DNA of 64,000 nt from Eledone cirrhosa (lineage: Eukaryota): positions 13,330,001 through 13,394,000 of the forward strand of contig OZ024742.1 of the NCBI GenBank assembly GCA_964016885.1, written 5' to 3'. Position numbers and translations under genes: made by a program. A model generated the notes under the pieces. It was not told where the DNA came from. It did no database searches and worked only from the letters and a program-made list of their open reading frames with translations. Each line of letters begins with the position of its first letter. The stretch's first letter is position 1. This document shows positions 42,934 through 57,649 of this stretch, piece by piece.

Positions 42934-45900
42934 AATAAAATACTGGAGGATCAGTTAAAGGCAAATACGGGAGGATCAAATAAAGGAAAATACTTGAGGA
43001 TCAGTTAAAATAAAATACTGGAAGATCAGGTAAAGTAAAATACTGGAGGATCAGTTAAAATAAAACACTGGAATATCAGTAAAAGGAAAATACTGGAGGA
43101 TCAGTTAAAATAACATACTGGAGGATCAGTTAATGGAAAGTACTGGAAGATCAGTTAAAGAAAATACTGGAGGATCAGTTAAAGTAAAATACTGGAGGAT
43201 CAATTAAAGGAAAATACTGGAGGATCAGTTAAAGGAAAATACTGGAGGATCAGTTAAAGGAAAATACTGGAGGATCAGTTAAATCAAATACTGGAGGATC
43301 AGTTAAAGGGAAATATTTAAGGATCAGCTAAAGAAAATATTGGAGGATCAGTTAAGTAAAATACTGGAGGATCAGTTAAAATAAAATACTGGAGGATCAG
43401 TTAAAGGAAAATACTGGAGGATCAGTTAAAGGAAAATACTGGAGGATCAGTTAAATCAAATACTGGAGGATCAGTTAAAGGAAAATACTGAAGGATCAGT
43501 TAAAGGAAAATACTGGAGGATCAGTTAAAAGAAAATACTGGAGGATTAGTTAAAATAAAATACTGGAGGATCAGTTATAATAAAATACTGGAGGAATATT
43601 TAAAGTAAAATACTTGAGGATCAGTAAAAATAAAATACTGGAGGATCAGTTAATGGTAAGTACTGGAGGATCAGTTAAAATAAAATACTGGAGGATCAGT
43701 TAAAGGAAAATACTGGAGGATCAGTGAAAGGAAAATACTGGAGGATCAGTTAAAATAAAATACTGGAGGATCAGTTAAAGGAAAATACTGGAGGATCAGT
43801 TAAAGGAAAATACTGGAGGATCAGTCAAAGAAAAATACTGGAGCATCAGTTAAAGGGAAATTGTTAAGGATCAGTTAAAGAAAATACTGGAGGATCAGTT
43901 AAAGGTAAATACTGAAGGATCAGTTAATGGAAAATACTGGAGGATCAGTTAATGGAAAATACTGCAGGATCAGTTAAAGGAAAATACTGGAGGATTAGTT
44001 AAAATAAAATACTGGAGGATCAGTTAAATGAAAATACTGGAGGATCAGTTAAAGGAAAATACTGGAGGATCAGTTAAAGGAAAATACTGGAGGATCAGTT
44101 AAAATAAAATACTGAAGGATCAATTAAAGGAAAATACTGGAGGATCAGTTAAATAAAATACTGGAGGATCAGTTAAAGGAAAATACAAAGGATCAGTTAA
44201 AGGAAAATACTGGAGGATCAGTTAAAATAAAATACTGAAGGATCAATTAAAGGAAAATACTGGAGGATCAGTTAAATAAAATACTGGAGGATCGGTTAAA
44301 GGAAAATACAAAGGATCAGCTAAAGGAAAATACTGGAGGATCAGTTAAAATAAAATACTGGAGGAGCAGTTAAAGGCAAATACGGGAGGATCAAATAAAG
44401 GAAAATACTTGAGGATCAGTTAAAATAAAATACTGGAGGATCAGGTAAAGTAAAATACTGGAGGATCAGTTAAAATAAAACACTGGAGTATCAGTAAAAG
44501 GAAAATACTGGAGGATCAGTTAAAATAAAATACTGGAGGATCAGTTAATGGAAAGTACTGGAAGATCAGTTAAAGAAAATACTGGAGGATCAGTTAAAGT
44601 AAAATATTGGAGGATCAGTTAAAGGAAAATACTGGAGGATCAGTTAAAGGAAAATACTGGAGGATCAGTTAAAGGAAAATACTGGAGGATCAGTTAAATC
44701 AAATACTGGAGGATCAGTTAAAGGGAAATATTTAAGGATCAGGTAAAGAAAATATTGGAGGATCAGTTAAGTTAAATACTGGATGATCAGTTAAAATAAA
44801 ATACTGGAGGACCAGTTAAAGGAAAATACTGTAGGATCAGTTAAAGGAAAATACTGGAGGATCAGTTAAATAAAATACTGGAGGATCAGTTAAAGGAAAA
44901 TACTGAAGGATCAGTTAAAGGATAATACTGAAGGATCAGTTAAATCAAATACTGGAGGATCAGTTAAAGAAAAATACTGGAGGATCAGTTAAAGAAAAAT
45001 ACTGGAGAATCAGTTAAAATAAAATACTGGTGGATCAGTTAAAGGAAAATACTGGAGGATCAGTTATAATAAAATACTGGAGGATCAGTTAAAGGCAAAT
45101 ACGGGAGGATCAAATAAAGGAAAATACTTGAGGATCAGTTAAAATAAAATACTGGAAGATCAGGTAAAGTAAAATACTGGAGGATCAGTTAAAATAAAAC
45201 ACTGGAATATCAGTAAAAGGAAAATACTGGAGGATCAGTTAAAATAACATACTGGAGGATCAGTTAATGGAAAGTACTGGAAGATCAGTTAAAGAAAATA
45301 CTGGAGGATCAGTTAAAGTAAAATACTGGAGGATCAATTAAAGGAAAATACTGGAGGATCAGTTAAAGGAAAATACTGGAGGATCAGTTAAAGGAAAATA
45401 CTGGAGGATCAGTTAAATCAAATACTGGAGGATCAGTTAAAGGGAAATATTTAAGGATCAGCTAAAGAAAATATTGGAGGATCAGTTAAGTAAAATACTG
45501 GAGGATCAGTTAAAATAAAATACTGGAGGATCAGTTAAAGGAAAATACTGGAGGATCAGTTAAAGGAAAATACTGGAGGATCAGTTAAATCAAATACTGG
45601 AGGATCAGTTAAAGGAAAATACTGAAGGATCAGTTAAAGGAAAATACTGGAGGATCAGTTAAAAGAAAATACTGGAGGATTAGTTAAAATAAAATACTGG
45701 AGGATCAGTTATAATAAAATACTGGAGGAATATTTAAAGTAAAATACTTGAGGATCAGTAAAAATAAAATACTGGAGGATCAGTTAATGGTAAGTACTGG
45801 AGGATCAGTTAAAATAAAATACTGGAGGATCAGTTAAAGGAAAATACTGGAGGATCAGTGAAAGGAAAATACTGGAGGATCAGTTAAAATAAAATACTGG

Positions 45901-47218
45901 AGGATCAGTTAAAGGAAAATACTGGAGGATCAGTTAAAGGAAAATACTGGAGGATCAGTCAAAGAAAAATACTGGAGCATCAGTTAAAGGGAAATTGTTA
46001 AGGATCAGTTAAAGAAAATACTGGAGGATCAGTTAAAGGTAAATACTGAAGGATCAGTTAATGGAAAATACTGGAGGATCAGTTAATGGAAAATACTGCA
46101 GGATCAGTTAAAGGAAAATACTGGAGGATTAGTTAAAATAAAATACTGGAGGATCAGTTAAATGAAAATACTGGAGGATCAGTTAAAGGAAAATACTGGA
46201 GGATCAGTTAAAGGAAAATACTGGAGGATCAGTTAAAATAAAATACTGAAGGATCAATTAAAGGAAAATACTGGAGGATCAGTTAAATAAAATACTGGAG
46301 GATCAGTTAAAGGAAAATACAAAGGATCAGTTAAAGGAAAATACTGGAGGATCAGTTAAAATAAAATACTGAAGGATCAATTAAAGGAAAATACTGGAGG
46401 ATCAGTTAAATAAAATACTGGAGGATCGGTTAAAGGAAAATACAAAGGATCAGCTAAAGGAAAATACTGGAGGATCAGTTAAAATAAAATACTGGAGGAG
46501 CAGTTAAAGGCAAATACGGGAGGATCAAATAAAGGAAAATACTTGAGGATCAGTTAAAATAAAATACTGGAGGATCAGGTAAAGTAAAATACTGGAGGAT
46601 CAGTTAAAATAAAACACTGGAGTATCAGTAAAAGGAAAATACTGGAGGATCAGTTAAAATAAAATACTGGAGGATCAGTTAATGGAAAGTACTGGAAGAT
46701 CAGTTAAAGAAAATACTGGAGGATCAGTTAAAGTAAAATATTGGAGGATCAGTTAAAGGAAAATACTGGAGGATCAGTTAAAGGAAAATACTGGAGGATC
46801 AGTTAAAGGAAAATACTGGAGGATCAGTTAAATCAAATACTGGAGGATCAGTTAAAGGGAAATATTTAAGGATCAGGTAAAGAAAATATTGGAGGATCAG
46901 TTAAGTTAAATACTGGATGATCAGTTAAAATAAAATACTGGAGGACCAGTTAAAGGAAAATACTGTAGGATCAGTTAAAGGAAAATACTGGAGGATCAGT
47001 TAAATAAAATACTGGAGGATCAGTTAAAGGAAAATACTGAAGGATCAGTTAAAGGATAATACTGAAGGATCAGTTAAATCAAATACTGGAGGATCAGTTA
47101 AAGAAAAATACTGGAGGATCAGTTAAAGAAAAATACTGGAGAATCAGTTAAAATAAAATACTGGTGGATCAGTTAAAGGAAAATACTGGAGGATCAGTTA
47201 TAATAAAATACTGGAGGA
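42934..47218 (+). repeat. Near-identical tandem duplication with a 2134-bp period (two copies)
   Basis: GAAGATCAGG at 43021/45155, TCAGTGAAAG at 43721/45855 and GATAATACTG at 44921/47055 all give an offset of 2134. Confidence 0.92.
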
Positions 47219-48859
47219 ACAGTTAAAGTAAAATACTGGAGGATCAGTAAAAATAAAATACTGGAGGATCAGTTAAAGGAAAATACTGGAGGATTAGTTA
47301 AAGGAAAATACTGGAGGATCAGTTAAAGGAAAATACTGGAGGATCAGTTAAAATAAAATACTGAAGGATCAATTAAAGGAAAATACTGGAGGATCAGTTC
47401 AATAAAATACTGGAGGATCAGTTAAAGGAAAATACAAAGGATCAGTTAAAGGAAAATACTGGAGGATCAGTTAAAATAAAATACTGAAGGATCAATTAAA
47501 GGAAAATACTGGAGGATCAGTTAAATAAAATACTGGAGGATCGGTTAAAGGAAAATACAAAGGATCAGCTAAAGGAAAATACTGGAGGATCAGTTAAAAT
47601 AAAATACTGGAGGATCAGTTAAAGACAAATACGGGAGGATCAAATAAAGGAAAATACTTGAGGATCAGTTAAAATAAAATACTGGAGGATCAGATAAAGT
47701 AAAATACTGGAGGATCAGTTAAAATAAAACACTGGAATATCAGTAAAAGGAAAATACTGGAGGATCAGTTAAAATAACATACTGGAGGATCAGTTAATGG
47801 AAAGTACTGGAAGATCAGTTAAAGAAAATACTGGAGGATCAGTTAAAGTAAAATACTGGAGGATCAGTTAAAGGAAAATACTGGAGGATCAGTTAAAGGA
47901 AAATACTGGAGGATCAGTTAAATCAAATACTGGAGGATCAGTTAAAGGGAAATATTTTAGGATCAGCTAAAGAAAATATTGGAGGATCAGTTACGTAAAA
48001 TACTGGAGGATCAGTTAAAATAAAATACTGGAGGATCAGTTAAAGGAAAATACTGGAGGATCAGTTAAAGGAAAATACTGGAGGATCAGTTAAATCAAAT
48101 ACTGGAGGATCAGTTAAAGGAAAATACTGAAGGATCAGTTAAAGGAAAATACTGGAGGATCAATTAAAAGAAAATACTGGAGGATTAGTTAAAATAAAAT
48201 ACTGGAGGATCAGTTAAAGGAATATACTGGAGGATCAGTTAAAGGAAAATACTGGAGGATCAGTTAAAATAAAATACTGGAGGATCAGTTAAAGGAAAAT
48301 ACTGGAGGATCAGTTATAATAAAATACTGGAGGAATATTTAAAGTAAAATACTTGAGGATCAGTAAAAATAAAATACTGGAGGATCAGTTAATGGTAAGT
48401 ACTGGAGGATCAGTTAAAATAAAATACAGGAGGATCAGTTAAAGGAAAATACTGGAGGATCAGTTAAAGGAAAATACTGGAGGATCAGTTAAAATAAAAT
48501 ACTGGAGGATCAGTTAAAGGAAAATACTGGAGGATCAGTTAAAGGAAAATACTGGAGGATCAGTCAAAGAAAAATACTGGAGCATCAGTTAAAGGGAAAT
48601 TGTTAAGGATCAGTTAAAGAAAATATTGGAGGATCAGTTAAAGGTAAATACTGAAGGATCAGTTAATGGAAAATACTGGAGGATCAGTTAATGGAAAATA
48701 CTGCAGGATCAGTTAAAGGAAAATACTGGAGGATTAGTTAAAATAAAATACTGGAGGATCAGTTAAATGAAAATACTGGAGGATCAGTTAAAGGAAAATA
48801 CTGGAGGATCAGTTAAAGGAAAATACTGGAGGATCAGTTAAAATAAAATACTGAAGGAT

Positions 48860-50050
48860 CAATTAAAGGAAAATACTGGAGGATCAGTTAAATAAAATAC
48901 TGGAGGATCAGTTAAAGGAAAATACAAAGGATCAGTTAAAGGAAAATACTGGAGGATCAGTTAAAATAAAATACTGAAAGATCAATTAAAGGAAAATACT
49001 GGAGGATCAGTTAAATAAAATACTGGAGGATCGGTTAAATGAAAATACAAAGGATCAGCTAAAGGAAAATTCTGGAGGATCAGTTAAAATAAAATACTGG
49101 AGGATCAGTTAAAGACAAATACGGGAGGATCAAATAAAGGAAAATACTTGAGGATCAGTTAAAATAAAATACTGGAGGATCAGGTAAAGTAAAATACTGG
49201 AGGATCATTTAAATAAAATACTGGAGGATCAGTTAAAGGAAAATACTGGAGGATCAGTTAAAATAAAATACTGGAGGATCAGTTAATGGAAAGTACTGGA
49301 AGATCAGTTAAAGGAAAATACTGGAGGATCAGTTAAATCAAATACTGGAGGATCAGTTAAAGGGAAATATTTAAGGATCAGGTACAGAAAATATTGGAGT
49401 ATCAGTTAAGTTAAATACTGGATGATCAGTTAAAATAAAATACTGGAGGATCAGTTAAAGGAAAATACTGGAGGATCAGTTAAAGGAAAATACTGGAGGA
49501 TCAGTTAAATAAAATACTGGAGAATCAGTTAAAGGAAAATACTGAAGGATCAGTTAAAGGATAATACTGAAGGATCAGTTAAATCAAATACTGGAGGATC
49601 AATTAAAGGAAAATACTGGAGGATCAGTTAAATAAAATACTGGAGGATCAGTTAAAGGAAAATACAAAGGATCAGTTAAAGGAAAATACTGGAGGATCAG
49701 TTAAAATAAAATACTGAAGGATCAATTAAAGGAAAATACTGGAGGATCAGTTAAATAAAATACTGGAGGATCGGTTAAATGAAAATACAAAGGATCAGCT
49801 AAAGGAAAATTCTGGAGGATCAGTTAAAATAAAATACTGGAGGATCAGTTAAAGACAAATACGGGAGGATCAAATAAAGGAAAATACTTGAGGATCAGTT
49901 AAAATAAAATACTGGAGGATCAGGTAAAGTAAAATACTGGAGGATCATTTAAATAAAATACTGGAGGATCAGTTAAAGGAAAATACTGGAGGATCAGTTA
50001 AAATAAAATACTGGAGGATCAGTTAATGGAAAGTACTGGAAGATCAGTTA
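48860..50050 (+). repeat. Short local duplication, offset 740
   Basis: AAAGACAAAT is at 49111/49851 and AGGATCATTT at 49201/49941. Confidence 0.8.
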
Positions 50051-50179
50051 AAGAAAATACTGGAGGATCAGTTAAAGTAAAATATTGGAGGATCAGTTAA
50101 AGGAAAATACTGGAGGATCAGTTAAAGGAAAATACTGGAGGATCAGTTAAAGGAAAATACTGGAGGATCAGTTAAATCA

Positions 50180-53100
50180 AATACTGGAGGATCAGTTAAA
50201 GGGAAATATTTAAGGATCAGGTACAGAAAATATTGGAGGATCAGTTAAGTTAAATACTGGATGATCAGTTAAAATAAAATACTGGAGGATCAGTTAAAGG
50301 AAAATACTGGAGGATCAGTTTAAGGAAAATACTGGAGGATCAGTTAAATCAAATACTGGAGGATCAGTTAAAGGAAAATACTGAAGGATCAGTTGAAGGA
50401 TAATACTGAAGGATCAGTTAAATCAAATACTGGAGGATCAGTTAAAGAAAAATACTGGAGGATCAGTTAAAGAAAAATACTGGAGGATCAGTTAAAATAA
50501 AATACTGGAGGATCAGTTAAAGGAAAATACTGGAGGATCAGTTATAATAAAATACTGGAGGAACAGTTAAAGTAAAATACTGGAGGATCAGTAAAAATAA
50601 AATACTGGAGGATCAGTTAAAGGAAAATACTGGAGGATTAGTTAAAGGAAAATACTGGAGGATCAGTTAAAAGAAAATACTGAAGGATCAGTTAAAGAAA
50701 ATATTGGAGGATCAGTTAAATCAAATACTGGAGGATCAGTTAAAGGGAAATACTTAAGGATCAGTTAAAGAAAATATTGGAGGACCAGTTAAGTAAAGTA
50801 CTGGAGGATCAGTTAAAATAAAATACTGGAGGATCAGTTAAAGGAAAATACTTGAGGATCAGTTAAAGGAAAATACTGGAGGATCAGTTAAATAAAATAC
50901 TGGAGGATCAGGTAAAGGAAAATACAAAGGATCAGCTAAAGGAAAATACTGGAGGATCAGTTAAAATAAAATACTGGAGGATCAGTTAAAGGCAAATACG
51001 GGAGGATCAAATAAAGGAAAATACTTGAGGATCAGTTAAAATAAAATACTGGAGGATCAGTTAAAGTAAAATACTGGAGGATCAGTTAAAATAAAACACT
51101 GGAGGATAAGTAAAAGGAAAATACTGGAGGATCAGTTAAAATAAAATACTGGAGGATCAGTTAATGGAAAGTACTGGAAGATCAGTTAAAGAAAATACTG
51201 GAGGATCAGTTAAAGTAAAATACTGGAGGATCAGTTAAAGGAAAAAAATGGAGGATCAGTTAAAGGAAAATACTGGAGGATCAATTAAAGGAAAATACTG
51301 GAGGATCAGTTAAATCAAATACTGGAGGATCAGTTACAGGGAAATATTTAAGGATCAGGTAAAGAAGATATTGGAGGATCAGTTAAGTTAAATACTGGAG
51401 GATCAGTTAAAATAAAATACTGGAGGATCAATTAAAGGAAAATAATGGAGGATCAGTTAAATCAAATACTGGAGGATCAGTTAAAGGTAAATACTGAAGG
51501 ATCAGTTAATGGAAAATACTGGAGGATCAGTTAAAGGAAAATACTGAAGGATTAGTTAAAATAAATACTGGATGATCAGTTAAATGAAAATACTGGAGGA
51601 TCAGTTAAATCAAATACTGGAGGATCAGTTAAAGGTAAATACTGAAGGATCAGTTAATGGAAAATACTGGAGGATCAGTTAAAGGAAAATACTGGAGGAT
51701 CAGTTAAAAGAAAATACTGGAGGATTAGTTAAAATAAAATACTGGAGGATCAGTTAAAGGAAAATACTGGAGGATCAGTTATAATAAAATACTGGAGGAA
51801 TATTTAAAGTAAAATACTTGAGGATCAGTAAAAATAAAATACTGGAGGATCAGTTAATGGTAAGTACTGGAGGATCAGTTAAAATAAAATACTGGAGGAT
51901 CAGTTAAAGGAAAATACTTGAGGATCAGTTAAAGGAAAATACTGGAGGATCAGTTAAAGGAAAATTCTGGAGGATCAGTTAAAATAAAATACTGGAGGAT
52001 CAATTAAAGGAAAATATTGGCGGATCAGTAAAAATAAAATACTGGAGGCTCAGTTAAAGGAAAATACTGGAGGATCAGTTAAAATTAAATACTGGAGAAT
52101 CAGTTAAAGGAAAATACTGAAGCATCAGTTAAAACAAAACACTGGAGTATCAGTTAAAGGAAAATACTGGAGGATTAGTTAAAATAAAATACTGGAGGAT
52201 CAGTTAATGGAAAGTACTGGAAGATCAGTTAAAGAAAATACTGGAGGATCAGTTAAAGTAAAATACTGGAGGATCAGTTAAAATAAAATACTGGAGGATC
52301 AGTTAAAGGAAAATCCTGGAGGATCAGTTAAAGGAAAATACTGGAGGATCAGTCAAAGAAAAATACTGGAGCATCAGTTAAAGGGAAATTGTTAAGGATC
52401 ATTTAAAGAAAATACTGGAGGATCAGTTAAGTAAAATACTGGAGGATACTTAAAATAAAATACTGGGGGATCAATTAAAGGAAAATACTGGAGGATCAGT
52501 TAAATCAAATACTGGAGGATCAGTTAAAGGTAAATACTGAAGGATCAGTTAATGGAAAATACTGGAGGATCAGTTAATGGAAAATACTGGAGGATCAGTT
52601 AAAGGAAAATACTGGAGGATTAGTTAAAATAAAATACTGGAGGATCAGTTAAATGAAAATACTGGAGGATCAGTTAAAGGAAAATACTGGAGGATCAGTT
52701 AAAGGAAAATACTGGAGGATCAGTTAAAATAAAATACTGAAGGATCAATTAAAGGAAAATATTGGAGGATCAGTTAAATAAAATACTGGAGGATCAGTTA
52801 AAGGAAAATACAAAGGATCAGCTAAAGGCAAATACGGGAGGATCAAATAAAGGAAAATACTTGAGGATCAGTTAAAATAAAATACTGGAGGATCAGTAAA
52901 AGGAAAATACTGGAGGATCAGTTAAAGGAAAATACTGGGGGATCAGTTAAAGGAAAATACTGGAGGATCAGTTAAATCAAATACTGGAGGATCAGTTAAA
53001 GGGAAATATTTAAGGATCAGTTAAAGAAAATATTGGAGGATCAGTTAAGTTAAATACTGGAGGATCAGTTAAAATAAAATACTGGAGGATCAGTTAATGG

Positions 53101-56100
53101 AAAGTACTGGAAGATCAGTTAAAGAAAATACTGGAGGATCAGTTAAAGTAAAATATTGGAGGATCAGTTAAAGGAAAATACTGGAGGATCAGTTAAAGGA
53201 AAATACTGGAGGATCAGTTAAAGGAAAATACTGGAGGATCAGTTAAATCAAATACTGGAGGATCAGTTAAAGGGAAATATTTAAGGATCAGGTAAAGAAA
53301 ATATTGGAGGATCAGTTAAGTTAAATACTGGATGATCAGTTAAAATAAAATACTGGAGGACCAGTTAAAGGAAAATACTGCAGGATCAGTTAAAGGAAAA
53401 TACTGGAGGATCAGTTAAATAAAATACTGGAGGATCAGTTAAAGGAAAATACTGAAGGATCAGTTAAAGGATAATACTGAAGGATCAGTTAAATCAAATA
53501 CTGGAGGATCAGTTAAAGAAAAATACTGGAGGATCAGTTAAAGAAAAATACTGGAGAATCAGTTAAAATAAAATACTGGAGGATCAATTAAAGGAAAATA
53601 CTGGAGGATCAGTAAAAATAAAATAGTGGTGGATCAGTTAAAGGAAAATACTGGAGGATCAGTTATAATAAAATACTGGAGGAACAGTTAAAGTAAAATA
53701 TTGGAGGATCAGTAAAAATAAAATACTGGAGGATCAGTTAAAGGAAAATACTGGAGGATTAGTTAAAGGAAAATACTGGAGGATCAGTTAAAGGAAAATA
53801 CTGGAGGATCAGTTAAAATAAAATACTGAAGGATCAATTAAAGGAAAATACTGGAGGATCAGTTAAATAAAATACTGGAGGATCAGTTAAAGGGAAATAT
53901 TTAAGGATCAGGTACAGAAAATATTGGAGGATCAGTTAAGTTAAATACTGGATGATCAGTTAAAATAAAATACTGGAGGATCAGTTAAAGGAAAATACTG
54001 GAGGATCAGTTAAAGGAAAATACTGGAGGATCAGTTAAATAAAATACTGGAGGATCAGTTAAAGGAAAATACTGAAGGATCAGTTAAAGGATAATACTGA
54101 AGGATCAGTTAAATCAAATACTGGAGGATCAGTTAAAGAAAAATACTGGAGGATCAGTTAAAGAAAAATACTGGAGGATCAGTTAAAATAAAATACTGGA
54201 GGATCAGTTAAAGGAAAATACTGGAGGATCAGTTATAATAAAATACTGGAGGAACAGTTAAAGTAAAATACTGGAGGATCAGTAAAAATAAAATACTGGA
54301 GGATCAGTTAAAGGAAAATACTGGAGGATTAGTTAAAGGAAAATACTGGAGGATCAGTTAAAAGAAAATACTGAAGGATCAGTTAAAGAAAATATTGGAG
54401 GATCAGTTAAATCAAATACTGGAGGATCAGTTAAAGGGAAATACTTAAGGATCAGTTAAAGAAAATATTGGAGGACCAGTTAAGTAAAATACTGGAGGAT
54501 CAGTTAAAATAAAATACTGGAGGATCAGTTAAAGGAAAATACTTGAGGATCAGTTAAAGGAAAATACTGGAGGATCAGTTAAATAAAATACTGGAGGATC
54601 AGTTAAAGGAAAATACAAAGGATCAGCTAAAGGAAAATACTGGAGGATCAGTTAAAATAAAATACTGGAGGATCAGTTAAAGGCAAATACGGGAGGATCA
54701 AATAAAGGAAAATACTTGAGGATCAGTTAAAATAAAATACTGGAGGATCAGTTAAAGTAAAATACTGAAGGATCAGTTAAAATAAAACACTGGAGGATAA
54801 GTAAAAGGAAAATACTGGAGGATCAGTTAAAATAAAATACTGGAGGATCAGTTAAATCAAATACTGGAGGATCAGTTAAAGGGAAATATTTAAGGATCAG
54901 GTAAAGAAAATATTGGAGGATCAGTTAAGTTAAATACTGGAGGATCAGTTAAAATAAAATGCTGGAGGATCAATTAAAGGAAAATAATGGAGGATCAGTT
55001 AAATCAAATACTGGAGGATCAGTTAAAGGTAAATACTGAAGGATCAGTTAATGGAAAATACTGGAGGATCAGTTAAAGGAAAATACTGAAGGATTAGTTA
55101 AAATAAATACTGGATGATCAGTTAAATGAAAATACTGGAGGATCAGTTAAATCAAATACTGGAGGATCAGTTAAAGGTAAATACTGAAGGATCAGTTAAT
55201 GGAAAATACTGGAGGATCAGTTAAAGGAAAATACTGGAGGATCAGTTAAAAGAAAATACTGGAGGATTAGTTAAAATAAAATACTGGAGGATCAGTTAAA
55301 GGAAAATACTGGAGGATCAGTTATAATAAAATACTGGAGGAATATTTAAAGTAAAATACTTGAGGATCAGTAAAAATAAAATACTGGAGGATCAGTTAAT
55401 GGTAAGTACTGGAGGATCAGTTAAAATAAAATACTGGAGGATCAGTTAAAGGAAAATACTGGAGGATCAGTTAAAGGAAAATACTGGAGGATCAGTTAAA
55501 GGAAAATTCTGGAGGATCAGTTAAAATAAAATACTGGAGGATCAATTAAAGGAAAATATTGGCGGATCAGTAAAAATAAAATACTGGAGGCTCAGTTAAA
55601 GGAAAATACTGGAGGATCAGTTAAAATTAAATACTGGAGAATCAGTTAAAGGAAAATACTGAAGCATCAGTTAAAACAAAACACTGGAGTATCAGTTAAA
55701 GGAAAATACTGGAGGATTAGTTAAAATAAAATACTGGAGGATCAGTTAATGGAAAGTACTGGAAGATCAGTTAAAGAAAATACTGGAGGATCAGTTAAAG
55801 TAAAATGCTGGAGGATCAGTTAAAATAAAATACTGGAGGATCAGTTAAAGGAAAATACTGGAGGATCAGTCAAAGAAAAATACTGGAGCATCAGTTAAAG
55901 GGAAATTGTTAAGGATCATTTAAAGAAAATACTGGAGGATCAGTTAAGTAAAATACTGGAGGATAAGTTAAAATAAAATACTGGGGGATCAATTAAAGGA
56001 AAATACTGGAGGATCAGTTAAATCAAATACTGGAGGATCAGTTAAAGGTAAATACTGAAGGATCAGTTAATGGAAAATACTGGAGGATCAGTTAATGGAA

Positions 56101-57400
56101 AATACTGGAGGATCAGTTAAAGGAAAATACTGGAGGATTAGTTAAAATAAAATACTGGAGGATCAGTTAAATGAAAATACTGGAGGATCAGTTAAAGGAA
56201 AACACTGGAGGATCAGTTAAAGGAAAATACTGGAGGATCAGTTAAAATAAAATACTGAAGGATCAATTAAAGGAAAATATTGGAGGATCAGTTAAATAAA
56301 ATACTGGAGGATCAGTTAAAGGAAAATACAAAGGATCAGCTAAAGGCAAATACGGGAGGATCAAATAAAGGAAAATACTTGAGGATCAGTTAAAATAAAA
56401 TACTGGAGGATCAGTAAAAGGAAAATACTGGAAGATCAGTTAAAGGAAAATACTGGGGGATCAGTTAAAGGAAAATACTGGAGGATCAGTTAAATCAAAT
56501 ACTGGAGGATCAGTTAAAGGGAAATATTTAAGGATCAGGTAAAGAAAATATTGGAGGATCAGTTAAGTTAAATACTGGAGGATCAGTTAAAATAAAATAC
56601 TGGAGGATCAGTTAATGGAAAGTACTGGAAGATCAGTTAAAGAAAATACTGGAGGATCAGTTAAAGTAAAATATTGGAGGATCAGTTAAAGGAAAATACT
56701 GGAGGATCAGTTAAAGGAAAATACTGGAGGATCAGTTAAAGGAAAATACTGGAGGATCAGTTAAATCAAATACTGGAGGATCAGTTAAAGGGAAATATTT
56801 AAGGATCAGGTAAAGAAAATATTGGAGGATCAGTTAAGTTAAATACTGGATGATCAGTTAAAATAAAATACTGGAGGACCAGTTAAAGGAAAATACTGCA
56901 GGATCAGTTAAAGGAAAATACTGGAGGATCAGTTAAATAAAATACTGGAGGATCAGTTAAAGGAAAATACTGAAGGATCAGTTAAAGGATAATACTGAAG
57001 GATCAGTTAAATCAAATACTGGAGGATCAGTTAAAGAAAAATACTGGAGGATCAGTTAAAGAAAAATACTGGAGAATCAGTTAAAATAAAATACTGGAGG
57101 ATCAATTAAAGGAAAATACTGGAGGATCAGTAAAAATAAAATACTGGTGGATCAGTTAAAGGAAAATACTGGAGGATCTGTTATAATAAAATACTGGAGG
57201 AATAGTTAAAGTAAAATACTGGAGGATCAGTAAAAATAAAATACTGGAGTATCAGTTAAAGGAAAATACTGGAGGATTAGTTAAAGGAAAATACTGGAGG
57301 ATCAGTTAAAGGAAAATACTGGAGGATCAGTTAAAATAAAATACTGAAGGATCAATTAAAGGAAAATACTGGAGGATCAGTTAAATAAAATACTGGAGGA
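50180..57400 (+). repeat. Tandem duplication of a ~3.5-3.7 kb higher-order block
   Basis: AGGACCAGTTAAG at 50781/54472 and GGAGGATAAGTAAAAGG at 51101/54792 give an offset of 3691. GGCTCAG at 52047/55589 gives 3542, consistent with loss of about six monomers in the second copy. Confidence 0.82.
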
Positions 57401-57649
57401 TCAGTTAAAGGAAAATACAAAGGATCAGTTAAAGGAAAATACTGGAGGATCAGTTAAAATAAAATACTGAAGGATCAGTTAAAGGCAAATACGGGAGGAT
57501 CAAATAAAGGAAAATACTTGAGGATCAGTTAAAATAAAATACTGGAGGATCAGGTAAAGTAAAATACTGGAGGATCAGTTAAAATAAAACACTGGAATAT
57601 CAGTAAAAGGAAAATACTGGAGGATCAGTTAAAGTAAAATACTGGAGGA

